A DNA stretch of 64,000 nt from an uncultured Candidatus Saccharibacteria bacterium (GCA_963529085.1 CAURWW010000004.1:1504-65503), one strand, 5' to 3'. Positions 18,295 through 28,509 are shown, counted from the stretch's first letter. The notes: generated from the letters alone by a model not told the origin. A program made the numbers and translations.

Positions 18295-19194
18295 TTACAA
18301 GTTAATTTTTGATTTTTTTCGATAAATAACTACACCACTATTTAGCGCCATAAGAACAGCCGAGGCTAGTATAATCCAACCAAATGTATCATTATTTTCT
18401 GATTTGTTAAATCCAGTTTGTGGAGTCTCCATGATTAGCTTATCTACATTAACTCTATTATTATCATCGAAGATAAAGTTAGACCCAGTATTTCGCTCTG
18501 CCTTTTCTTTGCTAAACACAACTGGCGAATCTTTCTCTAGTTCTATTTTAATATTAGCATCTTTCCAGTCGCTCTTAGTTTTTACACCAAACTACAAAAT
18601 ACCTTTTTAGTGGAAGAGTCAAAGGTAGAACTTACACACCAAATTACATCAGCGTAAGATATTTTTTCGTCATAAGCTCTAACCTTAATGTTTTTACTAA
18701 AAACTTCTCAATCATTTACTATAGCAAAAGTACGAACATCATAGAAGGTTACATTAGCTATTGAGCAGCTAGTACCAATATTAGAAAAATTAAAACCTAT
18801 TTTATTAATATTTTGACCTGCAATGTCTTGACTAAAGGTAATCTTCCACTTGCTCCAAGGCACAGCCTTATCTACAGTGTAGGCATCGAACTTAGCAATA
18901 CCTTCAGTATCAGTTTTATAAACATGATAGAATCCACGGCCCTTATTAGACTCAACAACTTTGGCAGTTGCCACTGTTTTGCTATTAGCTTTAATATCAA
19001 AATCTCGGACTTCGCCCATGCCAGCGATCATCAACCGCAACTTTATCTACTTTAGCATCAGCTTTAAGCTGAATATTGGGTGCTGCTAAAATCTTTGTAA
19101 GCTATTTTGGCGTATCAGCAAAAGCTGGTCACATTAAAGCTCCACCAGCAATCGCACTCGCCAAAATCGCTGCAATCTTAATTTTATATTTTAT
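18295..19194 (-). pseudogene. Decayed surface protein gene with TPQTG sorting-like tail
   Basis: After SD AAGGAG the frame reads ATA-KYKIKIAAILASAIAGGALM*PAFADTPK*LTKIL..., i.e. a signal peptide with a lost ATG and in-frame stops. It continues in other frames (18708-19040 fragment) and ends ETPQTGF...WIILASAVLMALNSGVVIYRKKSK (18295-18519). Confidence 0.8.
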
Positions 19195-19310
19195 TTTTCT
19201 CCTTTTCCTACCCATAAAGTCGGATATTAACTCGTTTATGTTTATATTCTACCTCTGTACAGTTTGTCAAGTATGTTCTTAAAATCAATTAAATCTGCTA
19301 TAATAAAATA

Positions 19311-20537
19311 ATGAAAATTGCAATCTTGGGCAGACAGCCTGCCATTGGTGTCGCTGAACTAGAAAGTGTTTTTGGTGGCGAAAAAATCCGTGTTTTAAAT
19401 CGTGAGGTGGCTTTAATAGATTCCAATAAGCTTAACGTTTCTCATTTTGGCAGTATTTTAAAAACCGGTGAGATAGTTCATGAGATAGAGTCAACCGATT
19501 GGCATAAGATAAAACCGATTATTCTGAAGAAAGTTCTAGATGATAACAAAAAAGCAAATAGTAAAATTACGATAGGAATTTCAACTTACAGCGTCAGGAC
19601 TTCCCCGCGAGAAATATCAGACCTATTATCAAAAATAAAACAAAGCGCCAAAAAAGATGGTATATCAATACGTATAATTGATGGGCGTAAATTATCGCTC
19701 TCTACTGCAATTTCGCACAACAACAAATTAGGGCTAAGCGATAAAAAACGAGAAATTATAATCGCAAGCTCTAAAAATAAGACCTTTATTGCTTTAAGCG
19801 AAGGCTCGCAAAATATTTCTGCCTACGCCCGACGCGACCAGAACAGGCCAAAGCGCGATGCTTTTGTTGGGATGTTACCACCAAAACTCGCCCAAACAAT
19901 GATTAACCTCGGCGCTGGCGAAAATCAGCCACAGATTCAAGCACTTTTCGGCAAAAAAACTTTCGAAAATCCAGAGATCCTCGATCCTTTTTGTGGTACC
20001 GGCACAGTTCTCCAAGAGGCAACCCTAAAAGGTTTTGAAGTTTTTGGAACAGATTTAAGTGACAAAATGATTGATTTCTCACAAGAAAATCTAGATTGGT
20101 TTAAGCAAGAATTTAGGCCACATGGCAAAATTGGCAAAATATATCAAGCCGATGCAACTCATGAAAAGTGGGATTTCGCGCCAAAACTTTCAACTGTAGT
20201 GTGCGAGACTTATCTTGGACAGCCCTTTTCTGCTCCACCCTCACCCAAAAAATTAGCAGAAGTTCGCGAAAATTGTAATCGCATAATCTCAAATTTTTTG
20301 AAAAATCTAGCCCATCAAATTCCAGAAGACACACAGATCTGTATTGCCGTTCCCGCTTGGAAAAACCAAAATGGCAATTTTTCTCACCTTCCGCTTATTG
20401 ACTTTTTGGAGGAACTCGGCTATAATAGGAGGGAATTTATGCGCGTTAAACCACAAGATTTAATATATTATCGCGAAAATCAAGTTGTGGCGCGTGAATT
20501 ATTAGTACTAATAAGGAGTAAAGATGTCAAAAGTTAA
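19311..20537 (+). CDS. SAM-dependent methyltransferase, Trm11/UPF0020 (m2G)-like
   Basis: GMLPPKLAQTMIN, ILDPFCGTGT, GTD, QADA. Confidence 0.8.
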   Translation: MKIAILGRQPAIGVAELESVFGGEKIRVLNREVALIDSNKLNVSHFGSILKTGEIVHEIESTDWHKIKPIILKKVLDDNKKANSKITIGISTYSVRTSPREISDLLSKIKQSAKKDGISIRIIDGRKLSLSTAISHNNKLGLSDKKREIIIASSKNKTFIALSEGSQNISAYARRDQNRPKRDAFVGMLPPKLAQTMINLGAGENQPQIQALFGKKTFENPEILDPFCGTGTVLQEATLKGFEVFGTDLSDKMIDFSQENLDWFKQEFRPHGKIGKIYQADATHEKWDFAPKLSTVVCETYLGQPFSAPPSPKKLAEVRENCNRIISNFLKNLAHQIPEDTQICIAVPAWKNQNGNFSHLPLIDFLEELGYNRREFMRVKPQDLIYYRENQVVARELLVLIRSKDVKS

Positions 20538-20802
20538 AGCTGGTGGTACAAGTAAGAACATCCACAACAACGCTGGCCAACGCTTAGGCGTAAAACGATT
20601 TGGCGGTCAAAAAGTCAATGAGGGCGAAGTTCTCGTTCGACAAACTGGCGCAACCAAATTAGCTGGCGAAGGAACTTACATGAGCCGAAACTTTACAATC
20701 CATGCCGCTAAAAGTGGAGTTGTAAACTTTAAGCAAATCGCCAAAAAGAAATTTACAGGTAAAACTGAGCGACGAACTGTAGTTGAAGTAATCGCTGCTT
20801 AA
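20524..20802 (+). CDS. rpmA: 50S ribosomal protein L27
   Basis: QRLGVKRFGGQ, VLVRQTG, FTIHA. Confidence 0.95.
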   Translation: MSKVKAGGTSKNIHNNAGQRLGVKRFGGQKVNEGEVLVRQTGATKLAGEGTYMSRNFTIHAAKSGVVNFKQIAKKKFTGKTERRTVVEVIAA

Positions 20803-20807
20803 TTTCA

Positions 20808-20843
20808 AAAAATAAGCCTCTTCTCACGAATTGGCTTATTTTT
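20808..20843. terminator. Bidirectional terminator between rpmA and the response regulator
   Basis: AAAAATAAGCC...GGCTTATTTTT. Confidence 0.75.
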
Positions 20844-20868
20844 TATATATAGATTTATATGACAGTTC

Positions 20869-21252
20869 TTATGATTGGATTCCAAGATGGTGGCGAACTC
20901 GCTCTACTACATCAGAAATAACCACTTGAGATTTAACTAAATACTCATCAACGCCTAGAGATTCAGCTCGTTCCTTATCTTTTTCTTGGCTTAAAGCAGT
21001 TAACATAATTACCGTAATATTCATCGTTTCAGGAGTATTCTTTAAAATATCAAGAACATCAAACCCAGAAATTTTCGGCATCATTGCATCCAGTAGAATT
21101 AAATCTGGACGATAAGCGATTGCGCTAGAAAGAGCCTGTTCACCATCATGAACTTCACACACGTCAAAACCTTCCATTTCAAGACGAGCGCGATATACGC
21201 TTGCTAACATTTCATCATCTTCAACTAATAAGATCTTCTTCTTTATTTCCAT
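20869..21252 (-). CDS. Single-domain response regulator receiver
   Basis: ILLVEDD, PDLILLDAMMPKISG, IMLTA, YLVK. Confidence 0.93.
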   Translation of the reverse strand: MEIKKKILLVEDDEMLASVYRARLEMEGFDVCEVHDGEQALSSAIAYRPDLILLDAMMPKISGFDVLDILKNTPETMNITVIMLTALSQEKDKERAESLGVDEYLVKSQVVISDVVERVRHHLGIQS

Positions 21253-21291
21253 AGCCGTATTATAGCATAAGTTTTTTCAAAAAGCTATATT

Positions 21292-22479
21292 TTATTTTAG
21301 AGCTTCCTTAGCAGAGTCAAGCTGAGGGTCTTGGCCAGAATTTATTTGCTCAGAAGTAATTTTAACTTCTTTATCCGGAGAAATACCTTCACCATTAATA
21401 TTTTTTCCGTTCGGCGTATACCACTTAGCTATAGTTACTTTCAAAATTGCACCATTATTGATTCTAATTGGTTCTTGAACACTGCCTTTACCATAAGTTT
21501 TAACACCGTAAAAACGGGCAGCCTTATGATCTTTCAGGGCACCAACAACAATCTCGCTCGCACTCGCACTACTGCCGTCGGCTATAACAATAGTCTCTAC
21601 TCCTTCAAGAACATTATTACCATCCGCACGAACCTCATCGACGGTTTTCGTACCCTTTTTCTCTGACACAATTAAGCTACCTTTTTTGAGCCATAAACTA
21701 GCCACCGATTGTGCGGCAGTAACATAACCGCCCCCATTTCCACGAAGGTCTAGAATAACTTTAGAAATTCCTTTCTGCTTGATCTCTTGCGCATATTTTT
21801 TAGCCAAATTACCGGTTTCATTATCAAAACGGGAAATAGTTAAGACAGCAATTTCATTCGAAATACTCAACTCAACGCTCGGATTGGAAATTTTGGCACG
21901 AGTAATCGAAAACTCTTTTTCTTCTTTATTTCGAGAGATTTTAATCTTTACACTAGTACCAGCTTCTCCTTTTATCTTGGATGTGATTTCATCAATACTC
22001 ATACCAGAAACACTCTCACTATTAACCTCAAGAATAATATCTCCACTCTGAATACCAGATTCGATAGCTGGGTTATTTTTCAGAGCTCGGATAACAGTAG
22101 GAAGATTGTTACGGATGCCAATCTCGACTCCAATACCAGCACCAATATCGCCACTTAGACTTTTATTAAATTCTTCCGCTTCTTTTGAGTCCATATAAGT
22201 CGTAAATTTATCACCAGTAGCATTAACTAGCCCCTTTGAAGCACCCTCTATTAATTTATTTTTATCAATATTGCCATCAAATTTAGTAATTAAAGTTTTA
22301 AAAGTCTCTTGAACTGAATTTAAATCTAGCTCGTTAGTTTGCTTCTGAAGACCAAAAACAGGTGAAACTAAATTTAAAAGCTCGGTTTTTCGAGTCCCGC
22401 CAATAAAACCAACTATTAACATAACCCCGGAAATAACCACCACAGTCGATACATCGACTTTCTTACTCTCTCTATTCAT
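21292..22479 (-). CDS. ctpA: S41 family C-terminal processing protease (PDZ + S41)
   Basis: GIGVEI, LDLRGNGGG, SASASEIV, TYGKGSVQ, KWYTPNG. Confidence 0.93.
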   Translation of the reverse strand: MNRESKKVDVSTVVVISGVMLIVGFIGGTRKTELLNLVSPVFGLQKQTNELDLNSVQETFKTLITKFDGNIDKNKLIEGASKGLVNATGDKFTTYMDSKEAEEFNKSLSGDIGAGIGVEIGIRNNLPTVIRALKNNPAIESGIQSGDIILEVNSESVSGMSIDEITSKIKGEAGTSVKIKISRNKEEKEFSITRAKISNPSVELSISNEIAVLTISRFDNETGNLAKKYAQEIKQKGISKVILDLRGNGGGYVTAAQSVASLWLKKGSLIVSEKKGTKTVDEVRADGNNVLEGVETIVIADGSSASASEIVVGALKDHKAARFYGVKTYGKGSVQEPIRINNGAILKVTIAKWYTPNGKNINGEGISPDKEVKITSEQINSGQDPQLDSAKEALK

Positions 22480-22548
22480 TATTTTATTATATCATAAGCA
22501 ATTTTTAAACTCAAAAAATCACCTCTTAGCTGAGGTGATTTATTAAAT

Positions 22549-23727
22549 TTATTTGATATAGATATATTCATGGAATTTATTTGTAGAAACACGCATTTGA
22601 GAGTATTCACCCCAGCGATTCCCATTCGAAGGAGTTGGCCAGTTATACTGGCTAATCGTCATCGTGCCGTCGCCATGAACTGATTCAACCCAAGCAACGT
22701 GACCATAGGCACCAATATACATAACAGCGATAGACCCAGCCCGTGGAGTTGCCCCTGTAGAAAATCCATGTCGTCGTGCTGAAGCTGGCCACATATTAGC
22801 GTTCCCCCACCAAAGAGGTTGATAGCCAGTTTCTTTGACAATTCTCCAAGCAGTATAGCTCACACATTGGCCACAACCGTAGCCTAGAGGATCATCTTTA
22901 TAACTCCATACAGTGGATTGATCTACTACGCACCCCCAGCTAGAACCCCAAGGGTATGAGCTTCCAACTCCGCCAGCTCCAAGATCAACCGAGGATCCAC
23001 TACGTAAAAATCTCTGAGCTTCTTGTTGAATAATTCTATTCTGCTCATCTTGCAGTTTAGCTTTTTGAGCTGATTGTTCCTGAGCATATTTCTTATATTC
23101 AGCTTCTTCGCCCTTTGTTTTTTCAAGCAAAGAATTTCTCTCATTGATTTTATCTTGCTTTTGCTTTTCAGATACTTTTTGATCCTCTAGAACTTTTTTA
23201 ACAGCATCTCGTTTTTGTTCAAGTTCTTTTTTGCGTTGCTTAATTTCACCAACTTTTTGCGTCAATGAATCCTTCACAGAACTTTGATATTCTAGATTAT
23301 CTAGTGCCTTAGAAAGATTTTCACTACTTGCTAATCGTTCAATTGGTGTAATTTCTTCATCAACCGACATATCAGCCAAAGTTCTACCCAAGGCCTTACG
23401 GTTTGCTTCAATTTTCTCCTCAGTTTCCTTAATTTCAATCTGAAGCTTGTCATGCTGCGCCTGAGAAATTTTAATTTGGTTCTCGATAGCAACTCGCTCT
23501 TTTTCAATAGAATTTAATTCATCCTGGATATTTTGAGCTTTATTCTTAAGCTCATTTGCTTGACCTAAAGCCTCTTGTTCGCTCCTCTGAAGAGCATCAA
23601 TCTGCTGCTGAAGCTCCGCCTTACGGTCGGCCTGAGCTGGTTTTATGACATTCATCGCAAATACACTTGATATAGCAAGCCCAAGCGATAATATTCCGTT
23701 TACTAAAATTTTCCTTTTCTTTACCAT
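22549..23727 (-). CDS. PcsB/CwlO-like coiled-coil + CHAP peptidoglycan hydrolase
   Basis: Signal peptide, long coiled coil, GQCVSYTAWR, WGNANMW, YGHVAWVE; downstream of ftsEX. Confidence 0.9.
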   Translation of the reverse strand: MVKKRKILVNGILSLGLAISSVFAMNVIKPAQADRKAELQQQIDALQRSEQEALGQANELKNKAQNIQDELNSIEKERVAIENQIKISQAQHDKLQIEIKETEEKIEANRKALGRTLADMSVDEEITPIERLASSENLSKALDNLEYQSSVKDSLTQKVGEIKQRKKELEQKRDAVKKVLEDQKVSEKQKQDKINERNSLLEKTKGEEAEYKKYAQEQSAQKAKLQDEQNRIIQQEAQRFLRSGSSVDLGAGGVGSSYPWGSSWGCVVDQSTVWSYKDDPLGYGCGQCVSYTAWRIVKETGYQPLWWGNANMWPASARRHGFSTGATPRAGSIAVMYIGAYGHVAWVESVHGDGTMTISQYNWPTPSNGNRWGEYSQMRVSTNKFHEYIYIK

Positions 23728-23777
23728 TTTTATTTTTCCTGTCTATATTTTTATTATACCACATCAAAATGCTTAAA

Positions 23778-24770
23778 TCAACTCTTATTTAGATATTTTC
23801 TTGTCGCAATCCAAGATGATACAACACCAATTAAAGAGCCCAAGAGCGCCAAGCAAGGAAATACAATGAATAAATAATTAGGCCACCTAGTTACAACCGG
23901 ATCAAGTGTAATACCCCAATTTTCGATCTTGTTTAGAGATAGTGTTACTGCCGTATAACCTACACTAGTCGCAAAAACTGCAGCCAATATACCTGAAATC
24001 ATAGACTCTACAACAAAGGGACCCCGAATAAAACTATTTTCAGCGCCAACAAGCTTCATCATATAAATCTCTTCTCGCCGATTAAATATCGCCATACGAA
24101 TAGTATTAAAGATTATCAAACCAGAAATCATTGCAAAAAGTGCTATTGCAAAAACGCCAACCTTTTCAACTGTCGCAAAAGCGTTAGAGATAGTTTCGAT
24201 AGATTCTTTTCGGCTACTTTTATAAGTTGGCTCTTTTGTCTTATGAAGATTTTCCTGGAAAATTTTATCACTTTCAACTGTCTTTTTTAATTCAGCAGTA
24301 TTACCGATATCTTCAAGAGTAACCGAAAAACTAGCCGGGAATTCATTTGAAGCAACTTCAATCGCCTCTAGAGTAGTTTCGTCTTTTTCCTTAATCTTTT
24401 TTGAAGCATAATTCTTTTGGGCTTGTTCGTTAGACGTATATTCAACTTTCTTAACAGTCTTGAGATTTTTTAGAGTTTTGGTCATTTTAGCTACGTCAGT
24501 GTCTTTTACGTCTTTTTTAAGATAAATAGAAACATCTATTTTTTCCGTCAGAGTATTAACAGTATTCACAATACCCATACGCACCAAAAAAGATCCAAAA
24601 ATTATCAAGAGTGTAATCGTCATCACTGCTGTCGCTGCTACTGATAGCCAAGCATTCCGACGAAAACTATTTGCCCCATATTTTATTATTCGCCACAAAG
24701 TTAATAATTTACGCTTGCGGCGTTTTTGCTCCATCATAACTTTTGAATTTTGCTTTTTTTTCTTTGCCAT
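23778..24770 (-). CDS. ftsX: Cell division permease FtsX
   Basis: RNAWLSVAA, IFNTIRMAIFNRREEIYMMKLVGA...IRGPF. Confidence 0.95.
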   Translation of the reverse strand: MAKKKKQNSKVMMEQKRRKRKLLTLWRIIKYGANSFRRNAWLSVAATAVMTITLLIIFGSFLVRMGIVNTVNTLTEKIDVSIYLKKDVKDTDVAKMTKTLKNLKTVKKVEYTSNEQAQKNYASKKIKEKDETTLEAIEVASNEFPASFSVTLEDIGNTAELKKTVESDKIFQENLHKTKEPTYKSSRKESIETISNAFATVEKVGVFAIALFAMISGLIIFNTIRMAIFNRREEIYMMKLVGAENSFIRGPFVVESMISGILAAVFATSVGYTAVTLSLNKIENWGITLDPVVTRWPNYLFIVFPCLALLGSLIGVVSSWIATRKYLNKS

Positions 24771-25453
24771 TATTGTTTATAACTCCCTTGCGACTGATCA
24801 TGTGTAACCTTACCTTTATTGAGCGTAATCACTCGACGTTTTAATTTATTGACAATCTCAACATTGTGGGTAGTCAGAACAACTGTCGTGCCGTAATTGT
24901 TAATTTTTTCAAGCAAACGAATAATATCCCAACTATGTTTCGGGTCAAGGTTACCTGTTGGCTCATCAGCAATTAGAATCTTTGGCTGGCGAACGAGCGC
25001 ACGAGCAATTGCTACCCGCTGGCGTTCTCCACCGCTAAGCTGCTGCGGAAAGTTTTTCTCCTTCCCTTCAAGACCAACTAACTTAATAACTTTTGGCACA
25101 GTAGAGTGAATTTCATGATTGTTCATCCCTACAATTTCCAAAGCAAAAGCAATATTTTCAAAAACAGTTCGGTTCGGTAAAAGTTTAAAATCCTGAAACA
25201 CCACACCGATTCGTCTGCGAAGAAGTGGAATATCCTTATCCTTTAATTTATCATAATCAATCCCACCGACGACAATCTTGCCGCTAGTAGGTTTCTCCTC
25301 TCGCGTCAAAAGTTTAAGAAGTGTTGATTTTCCCGCACCACTAGTACCAACCAAAATTACAAATTCTTTTGGTTTAATATGGAGGCTAATTCGGCTCAAC
25401 GCTGGATGATCAGCACTACCATAGGTTTTAGTTACACGGTCCAATAAAATCAT
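24770..25453 (-). CDS. ftsE: Cell division ATP-binding protein FtsE
   Basis: GTSGAGKST, LRRRIGVVFQDFKLL, LSGGE, ADEPTGNLD; start at MILLD (25453). Confidence 0.96.
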   Translation of the reverse strand: MILLDRVTKTYGSADHPALSRISLHIKPKEFVILVGTSGAGKSTLLKLLTREEKPTSGKIVVGGIDYDKLKDKDIPLLRRRIGVVFQDFKLLPNRTVFENIAFALEIVGMNNHEIHSTVPKVIKLVGLEGKEKNFPQQLSGGERQRVAIARALVRQPKILIADEPTGNLDPKHSWDIIRLLEKINNYGTTVVLTTHNVEIVNKLKRRVITLNKGKVTHDQSQGSYKQ

Positions 25454-25532
25454 AACTATTTTAATTATACTAACTTTTTCTATAACGGTCAAGCTTTTGA
25501 TTTTATAGAACAAATATTTTAAAATTTGTTAA

Positions 25533-26852
25533 TTAAGTAAGTTTTTCAAACATATCAATTTCACCAAGCTTTTTAGAGTTAGCTTTTCGCTTTTGAATTA
25601 ACTCATTAAAATCAGGGTAATCCTCATCTTCAAATGTTATACCATTCTGTTCAAAAAATATTTTCTTCTTCTGAAAACCCTGTGATTCTAAAATCTTTTC
25701 TCGCCATTCATCATCAGCCAAAATTGTTGGTTCTAATAAAACTCTGCTCGCTTCAAAATCTCTTTTCAACTGGTCAAAATCAAGCATAAGATTCTTGAAC
25801 TTATCATCTTTCAAATATTTTTTATTCTCATAATCATAATGCGGAGTACTTAGAACTAGTGATCCAATTTTGCGCAAAAAGTTCTTCTGGGTTGGATTTT
25901 GGTGATAGCGATATTCAAAATAGCTATCATTACGGTCACTAATCCCCCGCCCAAAAGCATCTTCGTCATCATACCAAACCGGAACTGTGCCGTGCTGGCG
26001 TTTACCGTCCAAGTTTTTCTTTGTTGAAGTTTCACTATCCCAAAAGTAAATTCCGTTTATTTTTTTAACCTCAGGTAAAGCCTGTTCAAGCAAGTATATT
26101 GAAGTTCCAAGCGTTGCACCACTAAAACCAGTTTCGTCAATCACTGTTAGAGTTTCATCAGCAACAGAGACTGGAGTATTCATAATTTCGGTAAAAATAT
26201 CATCTTGATTAAAATTTACCTCTGCATCATCAGAAATAAAGTTAGCTCTAATTCGCGCCAAGATTTCAGTTTTGTCCGATTCGGATAATTGCTGAAAATT
26301 ATTTATAAAATCCGCCGTGTTAGCAAGTTTATTTCGCATCCCCTTTTCATTATCAATATAGCCCCTAGAAATAGGCACGCCAATTGCAGAAAAAATATCA
26401 TTTCGGTCAATATTTAAGAATTTTGATTTGGGACGCTGAGAACCCGGTTTAGAGAAATTTTTCCAAAATTTTTTAGTCAAAGCTTCAAGTGGCCTTGCGG
26501 ATTTATCAAGATATATAGCAGTGTCAGTTTTATCACCAACCGAGCCATCTAGCTGGTGGATCATTTCTGCTGTATTTTTAAGATAGCGAGACGCAATCAT
26601 ATCCATCGAAACAGGATCGCCATCTGCGTCTAATTGTTTTGAAATAATTTTATAGTTATTACGGTCGACAACATACATATCCAAAGAGCTAAGCAGCCCT
26701 TCTTCAATCTGATTTTTGCGACGATTGATCAATTTCTCTCGACGATTTGAATCATCTTCAAAAGGGTTAGTCTGTTCATTACAATAATCAAAATATTCCG
26801 CGCCTCGCGAAGATATATTTTGTGAATTATATGTTTGTTGTTTCTTTTCCAT
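25533..26852 (-). CDS. Hypothetical protein with a phosphoribosyltransferase-like motif
   Basis: LTVIDETGFSGATL resembles the type I PRTase PRPP-binding loop; own TTGACA-N17-TAGAAT promoter. Confidence 0.65.
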   Translation of the reverse strand: MEKKQQTYNSQNISSRGAEYFDYCNEQTNPFEDDSNRREKLINRRKNQIEEGLLSSLDMYVVDRNNYKIISKQLDADGDPVSMDMIASRYLKNTAEMIHQLDGSVGDKTDTAIYLDKSARPLEALTKKFWKNFSKPGSQRPKSKFLNIDRNDIFSAIGVPISRGYIDNEKGMRNKLANTADFINNFQQLSESDKTEILARIRANFISDDAEVNFNQDDIFTEIMNTPVSVADETLTVIDETGFSGATLGTSIYLLEQALPEVKKINGIYFWDSETSTKKNLDGKRQHGTVPVWYDDEDAFGRGISDRNDSYFEYRYHQNPTQKNFLRKIGSLVLSTPHYDYENKKYLKDDKFKNLMLDFDQLKRDFEASRVLLEPTILADDEWREKILESQGFQKKKIFFEQNGITFEDEDYPDFNELIQKRKANSKKLGEIDMFEKLT

Positions 26853-26965
26853 TTTTTTGTTTTATAATCAATGATTTTATTCTATCATAAAAATACAAAT
26901 ATGTCAATAAAGGTTATTCTTAGCCTGTTTAAGTAACCTAAAATATTTGATTTATTAACTATCAA

Positions 26966-28042
26966 TCAATTTTTAGAATTCTCTAAAAAAGCATAAATGA
27001 ACCCATCAATTTCGCCATTCAGTACTTTTTCAACATCTTTTTCTTCGTATTTAGTGCGAGTATCTTTAACTAATTTATAAGGGTTTAGGACATAATTTCG
27101 AATTTGCGAACCCCAGTCAGCTGATTTTCCGGCCTGTAACTCATTCAAATCGGCGGCACGCTGCTCAAGCTTCATTTGAAGAAGCTTTCCACGCAAAATA
27201 TTCATTGCAGTTTCTTTATTTTGAGTTTGCGAACGCTCATTTTGAATAGCCACCACAGTCCCAGTCGGAATATGCGTAATTCGAACGGCTGAATCAGTCG
27301 TATTAACACCCTGACCACCCTTTCCACTAGATCGATAAACGTCAACTCGCAAATCTTTTTCTTCAATCTTAACGTCTTCTGGTGTCGCAATTTTTGGCAA
27401 AACTTCAACTAAAGCAAAAGAAGTTTCTCGGCTGCCGCCGCTATTAAATGGTGAAATTCGCACTAGACGATGAACGCCATTTTCGCTGCGTAATTTGCCA
27501 TAAGCATTCAGCCCGCCAACTTCAAAAACACTAGTTTTAATTCCAGCTTCTTCTCCGATGGACCGTTCTATCTGTTCAGTCTTAAAATCATTTTTTTCTG
27601 CCCAGCGCAAATACATTCGTTCAAGCATTTCTGCAAAATCCTGCGCGTCAGTTCCACCGACACCAGAAGTTATACGAACAATTGCGTCGCCAGAATCGAA
27701 TTCCCCATCAAAAAGTAGATCTTTTTTTAATTTCTCAAGTTCGACTTCGAAAGCATCAATCTGCTCAGAAAACTCATCTTCTAGATCTTCGCTAATCTCC
27801 ATTAACTCTAAAATATCCTCAACTTGCGCTCGTAGGACATTCCAAGGATCGATTTTTTTCTTAAGGCTAGCTAAACTACGAATTTTAGTTTGCGCATTTT
27901 GCGGATTATTCCAAATTTCTGGCTGAGATATTTCAGCTTCAAGTATTTCAATTTCACTTGAAATTTCAGAAAAATTAAGCTTCAAATCGGCCTTAACGAT
28001 TTCATCTAAGATTTGTTGAGCACGAATTTGAAGCTTATCCAT
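26966..28042 (-). CDS. prfB: Peptide chain release factor 2 (uninterrupted ORF)
   Basis: GVHRLVRISPF (SPF motif), GKGGQGVN, WGSQIRNYV. Confidence 0.97.
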   Translation of the reverse strand: MDKLQIRAQQILDEIVKADLKLNFSEISSEIEILEAEISQPEIWNNPQNAQTKIRSLASLKKKIDPWNVLRAQVEDILELMEISEDLEDEFSEQIDAFEVELEKLKKDLLFDGEFDSGDAIVRITSGVGGTDAQDFAEMLERMYLRWAEKNDFKTEQIERSIGEEAGIKTSVFEVGGLNAYGKLRSENGVHRLVRISPFNSGGSRETSFALVEVLPKIATPEDVKIEEKDLRVDVYRSSGKGGQGVNTTDSAVRITHIPTGTVVAIQNERSQTQNKETAMNILRGKLLQMKLEQRAADLNELQAGKSADWGSQIRNYVLNPYKLVKDTRTKYEEKDVEKVLNGEIDGFIYAFLENSKN

Positions 28043-28045
28043 AAA

Positions 28046-28432
28046 TTATTTTTTAGCTAGATGATCCTCGCCAAGAAACTTTGTAACTGCGATAATAATA
28101 AAGTACACTACTGCCGCAATAATTAAAAAGTTTACAAGATCATTTAAGAACACACCATATTTAACTTGCGCAATTCCATTATGTGTAGGGATACTTAGCA
28201 TTAGACCTTTCAAACCATCAGTAGAACCTAATAATATACCAAGCGGAGGCATAATTACGTTATCAATAAGCGATTTAACTAAAGTTGCTGCTGCTGTACC
28301 AATAATTAAACCGGTAGCCATGCCAATTAAACCTTGGCTTTTTATGAATTCTTTAAACCCCTCTAGCTGTTCCTTCAAAGCATCTGAGGTTGGATTTTTA
28401 ATTACTCTCTTAGTTACTTTTTTCTCTGTCAT
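28046..28432 (-). CDS. mscL: Large-conductance mechanosensitive channel
   Basis: FKEFI...MATGLIIGTA, SLIDNVIMPP, YGVFLNDLVNFLII. Confidence 0.92.
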   Translation of the reverse strand: MTEKKVTKRVIKNPTSDALKEQLEGFKEFIKSQGLIGMATGLIIGTAAATLVKSLIDNVIMPPLGILLGSTDGLKGLMLSIPTHNGIAQVKYGVFLNDLVNFLIIAAVVYFIIIAVTKFLGEDHLAKK

Positions 28433-28509
28433 AATGCCTAAATTATATCACGAGTAAGTTTTTTATTCAATAAAAAACTCCACTCGTTTGAGTGGAATTT
28501 TATTATTCG

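Noticed and set aside
18708..19194. In-frame TGA suggesting genetic code 25 (TGA=Gly)
   Set aside because: The same frame also has TAG, a lost ATG and frameshifts. RF2 is present, and ftsX and prfB end in TGA at the expected lengths. Pseudogene is the simpler reading.
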